Assembly: GCF_006345805.1 (NCBI RefSeq)
Contig: NC_043011.1
Location: 47,380,464 to 47,444,463, forward strand
Origin: Octopus sinensis
Lineage: Eukaryota
Direction: 5' to 3'
Length of the DNA stretch: 64,000 nt
Shown here piece after piece: positions 13,150 to 27,206 of this stretch. The notes beneath the pieces are model-generated. The model saw only the letters and a list, made by a program, of their open reading frames with translations, ran no database searches and was not told the origin of the DNA. Position numbers and translations under genes: made by a program. The number at the start of each line of letters is the position of its first letter. Within the stretch, counting starts at the first letter, position 1.

Positions 13150-14837
13150 ATATGTAAATGGCAATTTTTGTCTGTCTGTTCATCAATTATCCTCTTAGTG
13201 CTGAAACCAGCAAACCAATATTCATGAAATTTTGCAAACATGTTTCACTGACATCCTGTTCAATAATAGGCTAATTGGATTTAAATAAAAGTCTATAATG
13301 TGCCCTCTCCCTAGGCATTTGGCGAATTATGTGATAAAATGGAAGGTTGCAAAAAAGTATTATTTGGAGGGAAAGTAGCAAAGAGAGGATGTCTTATAAC
13401 AGTAAAGGTGAGAACAGTGGTAGAAATGGTCTGTTAATGTTAATATGCCTGTCATATACATGCGACACTGTATATATACTTTCGTAGATACATAAATATG
13501 ACACATACACAGAAAGGTGCAAGTGATGAATATGTAGCTTTAAGGGTAGGTGGTTTATCTGCTATTCATCACAAAGAAATACACATACATACATATATTT
13601 ACATACATACATACACATGTCTACTATACACCATTTTAAACTTGTGATTGCCTGTGTGTAAGTTTGTAAATTTGTGTGTGTGTACATGTCACATCCAATA
13701 ATTGTCTGTCTCTACTTTTGTAGGGTCTTTCCTGTTGCTGTCACATACTGTGAGATTTTAAAATTATGTAAAAATTTTCAAATTTGTTATATTGAAATAA
13801 TTTTTCCCTTCAAATTTAATTTTGTTATTTATTTGTTCCTAACATCCACTTGAATTATAGGCCAAATGAATTGCAATAAAAATCTATAAAAGGCCCTCTA
13901 GGGAGAGGGGCTGTAGAACGTTTACAAATCAGGTACTATAAGCTATGACACATGATGATGCCAGCTACAAAACATCATCATCATCATCATCGTTTAACGT
14001 CCGCTTTCCATGCTAGCATGGGTTGGACCTTTCGACTGGGGTCTGGTAAGCCAGAAGGCTGCACCAGGCTCCAGTCTGATCTGGCAGTGTTTCTACAGCT
14101 GGATGCCCTTCCTAACACCAACCACTCCGTGAGTGCAGTGGGTGCTTTTTACGTGCCACCGGCACAGGTGCCAGGCAAGGCTGGCAACGGCCACAATCGG
14201 TTGGTGCTTTTTACATGCCACCAGCACGGAAGCCAGTGAAGGTGGCGGACTATTTATCAATGCATTAGTAAATCTATCTTTTTGTCTAATTTATCTTACT
14301 CAGATTCATATTCGTTTGTTAAAATAATATAAGGATATTCCTTATTCACCCACTAAGTGAACTGATGGTTTGTAATACTTATTTTTAGAAATAAACTATT
14401 ACCATAAACAATGAGTTGGGCATAAAGACAGGAACTGAACAGGAAATGAGATAGGATATGGAACAGTGTAATGGTAAACGGGAACTGGGGACAACCCCGC
14501 CTTTCCTGGTATTACTGGCCAACTCATTTATTTTACTCATATGCAGATTTGCTTGTTAAAATAATATATAATTATTCACCCACTAATCATTTTAATAGTT
14601 TGTAATACCTACTTTTAGCAATAAACTATTACCATAAATGTTAATAAAATATTTAATGGCTTAATTACATCTAACTGATTCTAAAATTAATATATTGACA
14701 TGGGATTGGGGATAGGAATGGGAGCAAAACTAAAACAGGAACTGAACAGGGAAAAGGATAGGATATGAAAAAGTGTAATGGGTATAGTAACTGGAAATAA
14801 CCCCTGCTTTTCCAGGTATTACTGGGTAATTCAGCTA

Positions 14838-14838
<1 letters not shown>
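13150..14838 (+). mobile_element. Non-autonomous Helitron-like element with a duplicated 3' region and a nested family D insertion
   Basis: 5' tgtctgtctg...ccaatattcatgaaattttgc pattern; ends in a degenerate hairpin, taattcagCTAG|t (14835-14838). Confidence 0.45.
13975..14240 (-). mobile_element. Family D RTE-like tail element
   Basis: catcatcatcgtttaacgtccgctttccatgctagcatgggttgg...ctggatgccctt. Confidence 0.8.
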
Positions 14839-14913
<75 letters not shown>

Positions 14914-14986
14914 GTATATATATGTATATACACACACACCTATATACATTTATATCTATATACACACACATACAGATATACATTTA

Positions 14987-15019
<33 letters not shown>

Positions 15020-15029
15020 TATATATTAT

Positions 15030-15080
<51 letters not shown>

Positions 15081-16337
15081 CAAATATAACAAATATACAT
15101 GTTTACACACACACACATATATATAGGCATGATGATGCAAACAGAAAAAATAGAACTAAAAATATGAGTAGACCCTTGAGTCACTCTATTGTTTCTGCCA
15201 AACATATACATAAAGGTTGATGATGATGATGATAGGTATGTGTGATAATAAAGATTTCTTATAAGAAAAGAAATCGAGGAATTTTGTGAGGGGAGAAGTC
15301 TGTTACTTATTTTATTAACTTCAAAGGGATGTCAAGCAAAACTCTATTCTGGTAGGATGTGAACTCACTACTTAAGTGGATGTCAATAAAAAAAACCACA
15401 ATGCATTTGGTTTTACAGTTTATCGATTCTGTGAATCCACCATCCATCCATCCATCCAATTGAGGAATATCATTAGCAATGAAAGTAATAGATTAATAAA
15501 TGAAAAGAAAAAATATGTAAAAAAAAAAACACATTTAATTTGCAATGTAATTTATCCCAATTAATTAAAAATTAAGAAATAAAAGCAGGAAGTCACACTG
15601 TTCATTTAAAGAAGATTTTTGTATGTTGGCATACTCAAACTCTTTTGTACAAGAATTTGTACATTTCTGTATTGCTTTATAAAGTGCAGATATACACACA
15701 TACAAAAAAAAAGCAACAACAAAAACAAAACGCCTTCATGCACATACACACTCACATAAACCTAAGTACATGAGTGGGAGATTATTGGAACATACTTTAT
15801 TGAGATGGATTGAATTTTTACAAATTTAATTTGTCTTTGACTGTGAACAAGACTGTTATTAATAGCACAATGATCAAGATTAGTGGATTTGTTCCATAAA
15901 AATAGAATGACATTTATATTTCTCATCTTGGATTCAACGGCAATAATAAAATCTATTAATACAAAATTAACTTTCTCATGTTATCAGTAACTCTGAAAGA
16001 GCATTTAAAATTATCAACACAGTTGTATATTCTGTGTGGGATCGAGATAACAGCTAAACTAGTTAATTTATTTTTTTATCTTGTGTTTCTAACCACCATA
16101 TGATGGGTAAGTTGAAAAAAAAACAAAACAACTAGACAAGAAATTAATTAATGGTGTGCATATAAACACTGGAACTAGATTGTGATAGCAGTCAGAAAAA
16201 AACATTTAAATCTCAGCAGTTGAGAACGCTTAGAACAAAGTAAGAACTGCTAGTAGTAGTAGTATCAGCAAATTCATGACTGAAGACCCTCAGTACAGTG
16301 CTTAGTTTTCCAGAAATGTAAATCAATTTATGATAAA

Positions 16338-16713
16338 CTAGCAGTATCGCCCAGCGTTGCTCAAGTCTGTTTCGACCCTTTAGAATTGGAATTTTCGAAA
16401 AGTAAAAGTTTTGCTATTCTCTTTAAGTGAACATTTTTCTGGTTGAAATACACCAAAAAATAGCGACACAGCTGTCAAAAAATCGTAGAAAATAGGGATT
16501 TTCATAGAAAAAACGCACCTTTTTGATGTAAATAATTCTTAGTGTTAACATGGTCCGATTTGAATTTTTTCTTCTACAGAATGAAGAGCAAGCCTTCTTC
16601 TACCATACTTTCAATTTTGTATAACTTGTGCCACAGGGTCTTGGAGGAAATAGTGTTAGTTGAAGGCTACCAAACCTGCCATACACAGACAACTTCAGCT
16701 TTATATAGAGAGA
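16338..16713 (-). mobile_element. Non-autonomous Helitron
   Basis: Minus strand starts A|TCTCTCTATATAAAG and ends in a GAGCAACGCTGGGC hairpin remnant plus ATACTGCTAG|T; inserted between A and T with no TSD. Confidence 0.75.
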
Positions 16714-17971
16714 GATTAGTGTCCTACCAAGGGGGAGGAGCACATATCTAATATCTGCTTGACAACATAAAAGTCTGAGAAAACACACCAACTCACGGAC
16801 AGTCAATGTCTGCAAAGGAAATAGCAAGATTTAGTCTGTTTAAATGTTTTCTATCATAAAGAGAATATTGTTTGGTTTTCCTGGTCTTTTCACCAGACTC
16901 GGTGACATATAACCTTTGTTCTTGTAAGCAAAGGTTACGTGTCAAGTGTAAGAAGTCGCATGGCTTGGGGTTTGGCGCAACTATGCAACACCTTGGGCAA
17001 GTGTCTGCTTCTTTAATGTCAAGTTTACTACAGCTTTTTTTACATTTTGAGAATGAAAACTGTGAAACAATTTGACAGAGAGGTTGCACATACTTTTGGG
17101 AAGCAGGCGTAATGTGAGGACAGTTTTAACACTTGTAAATGACTTCAGTAATTAATTTGTCTAGAACTCCTGTCTGAGGGTAACTTCATCCCTTTTTCTC
17201 ATCTCTAAGACTAAGTGCTGTTTTCTTGCTCTGGTTATATGTATTAAAAAGAAGAAAAAAACACAAACAACATTCCACAATCACACACAAGAAATCACAT
17301 TTTATTAAGTGGATGTCATTTTATAAGAACACGTCGACCAATCTAACAGCATTATCATTATTATGAATACTAGAGTTGGCACTAAAAAGAAAAAATAAAA
17401 TAAATAAAATAAGAAAAATAGAAAATAAATAAAACAACAAAGTATAGATCAATATCTGAATGTCTAAGAGAAATTGTTTTTAATAAGATTATAATTTTTC
17501 GGACTATTAATTTCATCTTTACGGATGAGCGATCTTTTAATATTTACATCTACGATAAGTTTCAATTGGTTTGAATCTATGTGGTATTTACACACATCTG
17601 TTGGTATATCACCTGGCGATGATCAGAGATCAAATCAAGCAAAATACAGTTGTGATGTAGTGATTGAAAAAAATCTTTGAAGATGAGGTTGACAATCCTG
17701 AAAATAGTAATCTAAAAAGATAAATAATTTGATAAAATGTTTCAAGTATTTATGGAGAAATCCCTAATGTAGCTTTTGGAGAATAATACAATTCAGATAA
17801 AAAACCTCCACTTGGTTCAATTATTGCTAATTTTTCTTTCCAGAAAATTCTAGTAGCAATCAAATGGCAAAGTAGCTGTTGATTGTTCAAAAATTCAATG
17901 AATTCATTATAGGCGATTTCACCTTATCCCTTATGAGAAAGCTGTCTAACGGTTTGCCCACACCACCCTTC

Positions 17972-18365
17972 TTTTACTCTTTTACTTGTTTCAGTCATTT
18001 GACTGCGGCCATGCTGGAGCACCACTTTTAGTCAAGCAAATCTACCCCAGGACTTATTCTTTGTAAGTCTAGTACTTATTCTATCAGTCTCTTTTGCTGA
18101 ACCGCTAAGTTACGGGGATGTAAACACACCAGCATTGGTTGTCAAGCGATGTTGGGGGGGGGGGACACAAACACAGACACACAAACATATACACAGACAT
18201 ACATACATATATATGACGGGCTTCTTTCAGTTTCTGTCTACCAAATCCCCTTACAAGGCTTTGGTCGGCCTGAGGCTATATGCCCAAGATGCTACACAGT
18301 GGGACTGAACCTGTAACAATGTGGTTGATAAGCAAGCTACTTACCACACAGCCACTCCTGCACCT
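17972..18365 (-). mobile_element. SINE family A
   Basis: Near full length, colinear with the other copies. Confidence 0.88.
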
Positions 18366-18634
18366 CTATGTTTATATTCATGTATGTTTATATTCATTTA
18401 ATGGTTTTAGTCATTGGACACCACCTTGGAACACCACCTGGAAGACCACCTTGACGAGTTTAGCTGATTGGATCCTTCTCAGTTCAAAATTTCAGTCTGG
18501 TACTTGTATTATGCATATAAGTTTATGAGTTGGTGCCTCTTTGCCAATGTATATCAATAAAGGACATAAATACCAGTGAAAAAAGTACTCTGTTGAAATT
18601 TGCTTTCTACTATGGTATGCAGATACTCGCTTGA

Positions 18635-19053
18635 AGGCAGTGAGCTGGCAGAAACGTTAGCACGCCGGGTGAAATACTTAGCGGTATTTTGTCTGCCGTT
18701 ATGTTCTGAGTTCAAATTCTGCCGAGGTTGACTTTGCCTTTCATCCTTTTGGGGGTCAATAAATTAAGTACCAGTTACGCACTGGGGTCAATGTAATTGA
18801 CTTAATCCGTTTGTCTGTCCTTATTTGTCCTCTCTGTGTTTAGCCCCTTGTGGGTAGTAAAGAAATAGGTATTTCATCTGTCTTTACGTTCTGAGTTCAA
18901 ATTCTGCCAAGGTTGACTTTGCCTTCCATCCTTTTGGGGTCGATTAAATAAGTACCAGTTACGCACTGGGGTCGATGTAATCGATTTAATCCTTTTGTCT
19001 GTCCTTGTTTGTCCTCTCTGTGTTTAGCTCCTTGTGGGTAGTAAAGAAATAGG
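18635..19053 (+). mobile_element. SINE family B dimer with about 19-bp TSD
   Basis: ggtatgcagatactcgctt and ggtatacagatgctcgctt flank the element. Confidence 0.88.
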
Positions 19054-20384
19054 TATACAGATGCTCGCTTGTCATTCATTCCTTCAGAAATGCAATGAAC
19101 CAGTGACTGGTTTGTAAAGTACTGGTAACCAATGGCATTATTTATAGTGGAATGCATTACAGAATTATTAAGTAAGTAAAAATAAGCCTTAGCAATAATT
19201 GCTAGTCTGAAAAATGCAAATATCTATTAAACACAAAAACTCAAGAACTTCTTGCTAAGATGGGTGAAATAATTGATTTTATGTCTCTTCAATGAATTAG
19301 ATAAAAAAAATAAAAGCATGTGCATTTTGTCATTAATTTCCTTTGACAAAGAAGATTAGCAGACTAGGTAAAAATATAGGGAGAAGTGAATATCAAACCT
19401 AGGAGACAGTCTCAATCAAAGTTTCCTAGGAGTTGATCACCAGTACTAGCGCTAGTGGTAGATAATTACTTGGCTGTTAGTCTTCATTTTCAGGTAACAC
19501 AAGGTAGTATGTTATTCACTACAGCAGTTTGTTGTTCGATATATTCGCTATCGACATTGATCATCGATGCAGAAGCTGATATATCGATTAGGAAGAAAAA
19601 TAAAAAAATAAAAATAAAGAGCAAAAACTATAAAGATATCATCAATATTCTGATTGGTTTCTCTGTAATCGACATTGGGAAATTATGGCGAACTGGGCTA
19701 TCATCTGCAACAAGGCTGCAGCTGGTTCCTTCTTTATTTTTCACTGAGTCAACAAGGAAAAACAATTCAATTTATTAGAGATGGTATTTATCAATAGAAA
19801 TCAAATGATAGAAAGCGAAAAGATTTGATCCAACCGAGTCCTACTTTGGCATATTTGATGCTTCTTTTTTTTCTGTTTTTCATTTGTTGTTGATGGTAGT
19901 AATAAATTTATTAAAGCAGAGGTCACAGTGTCTGCTGGCATTTCAAGTCTGGGCCAGGATCAAGTTTATAGGAAGACTTGAATTCACTGTTACAAACAAA
20001 ACACTTATTAATAATAAAGTATTTCTGAGGCAGGGGATTCACAACACCAATATGACACTTGAATAAAATACCTTTCAGTATATTTAGTCATGGCCGTTTA
20101 AATTCTAGGTTCGAATCCTGCCAAATTCAACTATGTCATTCATGCTCCAGGGCTTGATAAAATAGCAAGCCATTCATATACTAGGGTCAGTGTGCTTCTG
20201 CTGTTTCTGTTATTTAGTCAACTGACTGAAAGACTGTATGTAAAGACTCCAGCCATGGCGTCCCCATCAAGACTTTTAAACAATGGATTAACCCTTTCAT
20301 TACAGTATTTATTTTGAGATGCTCTGTGTTTCTTTCAGTTACTTTAAGGGTTAAACGAAAGGGTTAAACAAAACATTCAATTGA

Positions 20385-20670
20385 GGTTGTTGCCAGTACC
20401 ACTGGACTGACTCCTGTGCAGGTGGTACGTAAAAGACACCATTTCAAGCATGGCCATTGCTAGTACCACCAAACTGGCCGTCGTGCCAGTGGCACGTAAA
20501 AGCACCCACTACACTCTCAGAGTGGTTGGTGTTAGGGAGGGCATCCAGCTGTAGAAACTCTGCCAGATCATATTGGAGCCATCTGGTTCGCCAGTCCTCA
20601 GTCAAATTGTCCAATCCATGCTAGCATGGAAAGTGGACATTAAATGATGATGATGATGATGATGATGATG
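20385..20670 (+). mobile_element. Family D RTE-like tail element
   Basis: gtggcacgtaaaagcacc...gggcatccagctgtagaaac...(gat)n. Confidence 0.8.
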
Positions 20671-22689
20671 AATTACATCAGGCAATGTCTCCTGTTATTT
20701 AAATAAGATGGCTTGGCATGCTTTGATGGCTATTCAATATTTCTAGCAGTTTGATCAATCATATAAGACCACATTCGTTGGCTTCTTCTGATTTCAGAAT
20801 TGGGCAAAATTACTTGAAATTTAAATATAGCAACTATTGATGGGAAAGTAAACCATAAACTTTTCAGTATCTCAGTCAGCCACACTAATCACTGCAATTG
20901 GCTTCTACCTAAAGTGCTAAGGTATGCCACTGTTATTTGGTTCAAGAATCAATGAGAAGAATTATAGTGCCAGCTGAGCTATTCTTAGGTAAGTTATTAT
21001 TTTATATTTTTAGGAGAGACAGTTTAAAAACCTGCATCTTACACAGGTAAAGATTAAACCAGTCACAAAACTGTTCAACAAATATTAGGATATGGCAGTG
21101 GATGGTAAAAGTGGTAGACCATCATACAAAATACCTTACAGCATCTTGTTACATGTCTTTATGGTTTGAGTTCAAATTACACCCAGTTTGACGTCACCTA
21201 TCCTTATTCTGAGGTCAATAAAATAAATACCTGTTAAGTACAGAGGTCATTATAATTAACTAGAAGGTACAGATCCAGTATAGCCACAGAACAGTAATTG
21301 AAAGTTGTAGAATAATAAAAAAAAAAAAAAAGAAGTTTCATTATCATAATATAGTTTACTATGATCAATTCTATGTGGAGGCACAATGGCCCAGTGGTTA
21401 GGGCAGCAAACTCGCAGTTGGATGATTGCAGTTTCGATTCCCAGTCAAATGACTGAAACAAGTAAAAGAGTGAAAGAGTAAAGAGAGTAATCTTGATGCT
21501 AAAGAGACATACAGAGGTAATAATGGAAGACCAGGTTTAAAGACCACTTCTCAACAGTATATTGTGAAGTACACATGTAGGACAAGTTCTAAAATATGTA
21601 TTAAGTTCTAAGTTAAGATCAACAGTAAAGACCAGTCCTAAATGAAATGCTGTGAAGTACCAATGTATAATAAATTCAGTATAAATGCTGATGATGCATT
21701 TAGATTATGGAAGGTCACAGTTTCAAAAAGAGCTACAATCACCATAATATATGAAATAAGGTTCCGTTTACACAACTAATAATGATGGTGATGATGATGA
21801 TAAAAATTCAAGAAAATAAAGTTTTGTAAGAAATTTTCTGTAAAGAAATATGCAAACTGTTATTCATGCCCCCTTTTTTCATGCAGGAGATTATAATTTA
21901 AAGAGAATAATTTTCAGTTCCATTCTTCAAAATTTCTCCATTGTCAAAATTCCTGTTGGCAAAATGAATCAACAAGTAGATATAAATAAATTATATTTTA
22001 CCTTTATTTATTTATTTTTTTAATAAATGTTGTTCATTTTAAATTTAAAAACCATGGAACTAAATAAACATAACCAATTTTTACCGAAATAGCTATAATA
22101 TTTAAATTTTATTAATATGTTTGTAATTTTTTTTATCATTGCTTTTTTATTTATTATTATTGCTATTTTGTTGATAATTAATAGCTTTCCATTTAGTGCA
22201 AGCAGGAAAGGCAAAATTTTTGAAATCTCCCAATAATAAGACCTTCAATTAAGACTGGAAAAAAAAAATCAAGTAAGTATTAAGTGAACTTTAAAATCTG
22301 TAATAGTGGTGATGATGATGTTACTTTGCCAATAATGGCAATTACTGAACTAAATTTAGAAAATATTTTATTTCATAACCCTACAACACTTTTTTGGAGA
22401 CAATAAATATTTCAGTATATACATTCATATTCATATATATTTTCCTATATGTTTATAGAGCTTATAAGCCGATAATGTTATTTCATTGAACACTTACTAT
22501 CTGTTGTCATATTATACATACATGTATGTATATACATATGGAAGATTGTGTTTGTGGATTTACAATGGTTCTGTTGCATACACTCTTCACATTGCAAAGG
22601 CACTGTGCTCCTAAAATTCTTGCAATGTTTCATAATGTGAAAATAAAACTTGTGCTTGAGGAGACCTGTTGGGTCAAGTACATCAACAT

Positions 22690-23035
22690 CAAAATAAATA
22701 TCAAATGGATACCTGTGCCGGTGGCATGTAAAAAGCACCATCTGGACGTGGGCGATGCCAGTGCCACCTTGGCTGGCTTCTGTGCTGGTGGCACGTAAAA
22801 AGCACCAACTGATTGTGGCCGCTGCCAGCTTCCCCTGGCACCTGTACCAGTGGCATGTTAAAAAGCACCTACTACACTCACGGAGTGGTTGGCATTAGGA
22901 AGGGCATCCAGCTGTAGAAACACTGCCAGATAAGACTGGAGCCTGGTGCAGCTCCTGGCTCCCCAGACCCCGGTCGAACCGTCCAACCCATGCTAGCATG
23001 GAAAACGGGCGTTAAACGATGATGATGATGATTTT
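22690..23035 (+). mobile_element. Family D RTE-like tail element
   Basis: Three GGCA(T/C)GTAAAAAGCACC motifs, then AAGGGCATCCAGCTG and a (GAT)n tail. Confidence 0.82.
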
Positions 23036-23324
23036 GCCACTGACTTCCTTGTTATGGAAAAGCAAACAACTGTGGAAGTCCATGGCAAAGTATGTTTTGT
23101 ACCATGGAATGCCATGTTACAACAATATGTTCATGATGCAATGCAGAGGACACCTGTATTGCATTAAAGAAGAGGATGGGACAACAAAGAAACGTTTATA
23201 TGATGACCAATCCACTAGACTGCACTTAAATTACACCTTGCCATCTCAATAAAAATGATTGTAAATACACTTTATCTGGAGAAACAGAAAAAGAAATCAC
23301 TATGATGATCACAGCTGGAATGTT

Positions 23325-23622
23325 CCTTCTTCTGAAGCCATGCCTGGCTCACAAGGGCCAGTTTCCCAGTTTCCTTGGCATATAGATTCCCCACCTGGAC
23401 AGGACACCGGTCCATCGCAGGTGATCTGCAAGATGCAGGAGGAAAGAGAGAGATAATTGCGGCAAAAGAGTCAGCAGAAGTTTGCCATTACCTCCTGCCG
23501 GAGCCGTGTGGAGCTTAGGTGTTTCGCTCATGAACACAAACATTGCCCGGTCTGAGATTCGATCCCACGATCACTCGACCGCGAGTCCGCTGCTCTAACC
23601 ACTAGGCCATGTACCTCCACAA
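23325..23622 (-). mobile_element. SINE family C
   Basis: Reverse complement of the 8208 element; head ctaaccactaggccatgtacctcc on the right. Confidence 0.85.
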
Positions 23623-25599
23623 GCTGGAATGTGGAACACTTTGATCATATGTCTGCTCAAATAGGACTGATCTGGGTTAGACAACAACAAAAGGAAACAT
23701 CTCTCATGCTGTCTTATATAGCCAGGCCATAGCATAATCACAGTCAACTGGTTGAAACTAGGGAAAGAATTGCTATTGTTGTTTAACTTCAGTCCAACCC
23801 TGATCAAAGAGACCTATGATGAAAGGCATTATTCCAGCCATGACCATCTTGTCTTTTTAGAGACATCTAAAACTACATTATATAATGTATCCATTTGTTT
23901 TTGAAGATGCTAGGTAAAATATGATTGAAGGGAGATTATGCTATTATTTCTGGCAGTCTGGATGAGCACGTTGGTTCATAGGTAAGAGAGTATATGAGTT
24001 GTGGTGTGTTTATGAAATTGTAATACTTCACAGGAAACTGCACAGATAGATATCTCAGACAATTCATTACCGTGTTTTATTTAATGCACTGTTACTAACA
24101 TCAGATCATATGAAAGGATATAGTAATAAACAGTGCTTATGAAAAACTATTTCAGGATAGTCACTAAAATTGGTAGATAAGTTAAGTAATGGCCTCTGGC
24201 AGCATGAATCAAATGACAAATAAAAACACACCATTTTTTTCTTGTTTTTCATTTTCCATCTTCAAAAAATATTTTAGTCCTCATTGAAAGAATTTTTTTT
24301 GTGGAATAAGAGAGAACATTTTCAACAAACAGAGTACCTATATATTTTATTTTTTTGGTTGAAGTTATTATACTGTGTTTCATACTGATGAAACTGATAT
24401 GATCTAAATCACATGATTGACTTGATACTGAACATAATGATGTCTTCCTTGCTCTAACGTATTGGTTTTAACCACCAATATTTCACAGAGCAAGATGAAG
24501 TGTGTTTTCATAAACAGAGTTTACTAAATTGTATACTGAATGGCTTTTATGAATGAATCAATTGTTATGAATCTGAATGGTAATAGACAACATAAGAACC
24601 AATTTGAGACAGAACAGAGCAACAGGCCTCCTAGTGAGTGAGAGAACCTATTGCTTCTTTCTGTAACTTTTAATGGGGATATTTAAAGCTTTATATCTTA
24701 AAACAGTCAAATCTGCAAAACTCATGAGGATAAAAGTATATTAGAACATTTTGAATATAGGCAGAACCTTTCTCTGACAAACTGAATCAAATCAGAAAGA
24801 AAATAAGCATATAATTCACTAGCTTCTTACAAGGATATTGATTCCTTTCTGGTGAATACAAACTGCACTTACAAACTTGTAAGATTGAGATCAGTTTTCG
24901 GTTTTTGCTTGTGTGTGTGGGGGGGATTTTTGTTCCAATGCCTTTGACTAAAGCAAAAGAACATTCATATTCAGAACAGGTAAGATCCTAGTTGACTTAG
25001 CATACATAAAATTTCTAATTGTCGCTTTTAGTTTGATTTCATATTTGTGTTTACATGATAGAAGAATATATTATTCAGGATTTGTTTTACAGTTGGATGC
25101 TCTTCCTGTCACTAACTTCTATCTTTTTTTCAAGGGATGTCTTATTTTACATATCTTCAAAAGAATAAAGCTTTTAAATAATACCAGTGTCACTGCCGAT
25201 AGCTGAATGATCTTCAGAGAAACACAAATTTAAATGCACACATACACACACACACACATGCACAAACTTCTTTTAGCTTCTGTACATCAAATTCACATAG
25301 GTTTTGGTTTACAGTAGAAGACACTGGTCCAAGATACAATGCAGTGGGACTGAACCAAAATCTTCATATGGCCATGTCTCTGTCCCTACATAAGACAATT
25401 TAATATCTGAATGTTTAAAATATTTTTAATGGTTTTTTGGCAACCCTTCAAATCTTAATAACTAAATATTGCTCAAAATATCTTCATATAATTTTGTTTA
25501 TATATTTCCACCCACTCACCTCCCCATTTCGGTCATTTTCATTTGGATAACAAGTAATGAGGAACTCAGAGTAACAATTCAAGAAGCTTCAACTTGGCA

Positions 25600-25760
25600 T
25601 GGCTGTGTGGTTAAGGAGCTTGCTTCCTAGCTACATGGTTTCGGGTTCAGTCCCACTGCGTGGCACTTTGGGTAGGTGTCTTCCACTATAGCCCCGAGCC
25701 GACCGAAGCTTTGTGATTGAATTCGGCAGGCGGAAGTTACTGCCATGTGTGTATATGTGC
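25600..25760 (+). mobile_element. SINE family A 5' fragment
   Basis: ggctgtgtggttaaggagcttgcttcc...ggttcagtcccactgcgtggcac. Confidence 0.7.
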
Positions 25761-26680
25761 GTGTAGGTGCTTGTGCCTCACTGAAAGAGAGAGAGAGAGA
25801 GATGTACTATCTTGAGAGAATTTGTGTGTGCATATCTGACAGTGTGTGTGTGTGTGTGCATACACATGCACATGTGCATGTGATTGAGCGAATAAGGAGT
25901 GGGGAATAAGAGAATTAAAAATGGAGTTAAGAGATAAAATGTGATTATGGCAATGAGTTTTTATAATCACACGATATTTAATAAAAATGTTTTGTTTGCA
26001 TATTATCAAAAGAGTTCTTTTCCTTAAGCCTTTAGTATTTAAACTAACTCTATCTGGTCCAAATAGTTTACCTGCTTTATGTCCAAACTGACCAGAACTG
26101 TTCTTTCACACCTGTCCTACAATGCCATTATAAAATTAAACAATCACAACATTGAAATATTAAAGCTATGGCATAATGCATGATTACTTCAAGACAATGT
26201 GTACAAATAAGCGTTACATTTGACAGAACAATCTGAATGCTAAAATGGTCAAACCTGAGATATTCTTTAAGAAATATTCTTTCAGAATACCTCACCCACT
26301 AAAATATTGTTTAAACCCCTACAGATTTACAGCTTATCTTTTGCATGCCTTTAATCTTGATCTATTACAGTATTTTCAACAACAAAAATGGTAGAATGTT
26401 TTAAAAAAAATTAATAGAACAAATATCACCTTAACAAATAAAACAAAAAAATGACAAAAATAGCAAAAAAAAAATGTACTACAGAAACAACTTTCTGAAT
26501 AGAAATTGTTGTAAACTTTCTATTTTAGGAAAAAAAAGATTCATGCATATTTTACTTACTTTTTAGATAACAAGCAATCATTTCTATGATATATATATCA
26601 TATATATATAAGGCTTATGTATATGCATAGATTTGTATTTGTTTTTGTTGTGTCATAGAGAACTCATCACTGGAACATTC

Positions 26681-26710
26681 ACTTACCTGTAAATTAAAAA
26701 AAGACAAAAA
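26681..26710 (-). promoter_or_regulatory. Candidate recursive splice site (polypyrimidine tract, CAG|GTAAGT), copy 1
   Basis: Minus strand reads ttttgtctttttttaatttacag|gtaagtg. Confidence 0.45.
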
Positions 26711-26861
26711 TATGTATTAATATACTATATCACTATGTAGGTGTACAGATATAACGAGATTATTTCAACAAATAGAAAGAATTTCACTGAGAATAAAAAT
26801 ACAAATCTCAAGCTATCAAATATATCTAAACATTTTTAATGCTAAATAAAATAAATGCGCC

Positions 26862-27100
26862 CTTTTAAAGCCTAGCCAGGCTCAAAGGCCCGGTTTCCTG
26901 GTTCTATGGCGTATGTGTTCCCCAGCTGGACGGGACGCCAGTCCATCACAGCGTTACTCATTTTTGCCAGCTGAGTGGACTGGAGCAGCGTAAAATGAAG
27001 TGTTTTACTCAAGAACACATGTCGCCCGGTCCAGGAATCGAAATCACAATCTTACGATCATGGTGCTGACACCCTAACCACTAAGCTACACACCTCCACA
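26862..27100 (-). mobile_element. SINE family C relative
   Basis: ctggacgggacgccagtcc core; head ctaaccactaagctacacacctcc on the right. Confidence 0.75.
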
Positions 27101-27206
27101 TCTTGTTATTTATTATTATTATATATATATATTAGGCTTATATGTATATGCATAGATATATATTTGTCTTTTGTTGTTTCTTAGAGAACACATCACCTGA
27201 ACGTTC

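Noticed and set aside
17600-17730. Minus-strand exon after ttatttatctttttag
   Set aside because: The only open frame gives an implausible peptide and the donor is weak
19455-19778. 107-aa plus-strand ORF
   Set aside because: Built around an A-rich tract; no recognisable domain; the antisense frame and motif cluster are reported instead
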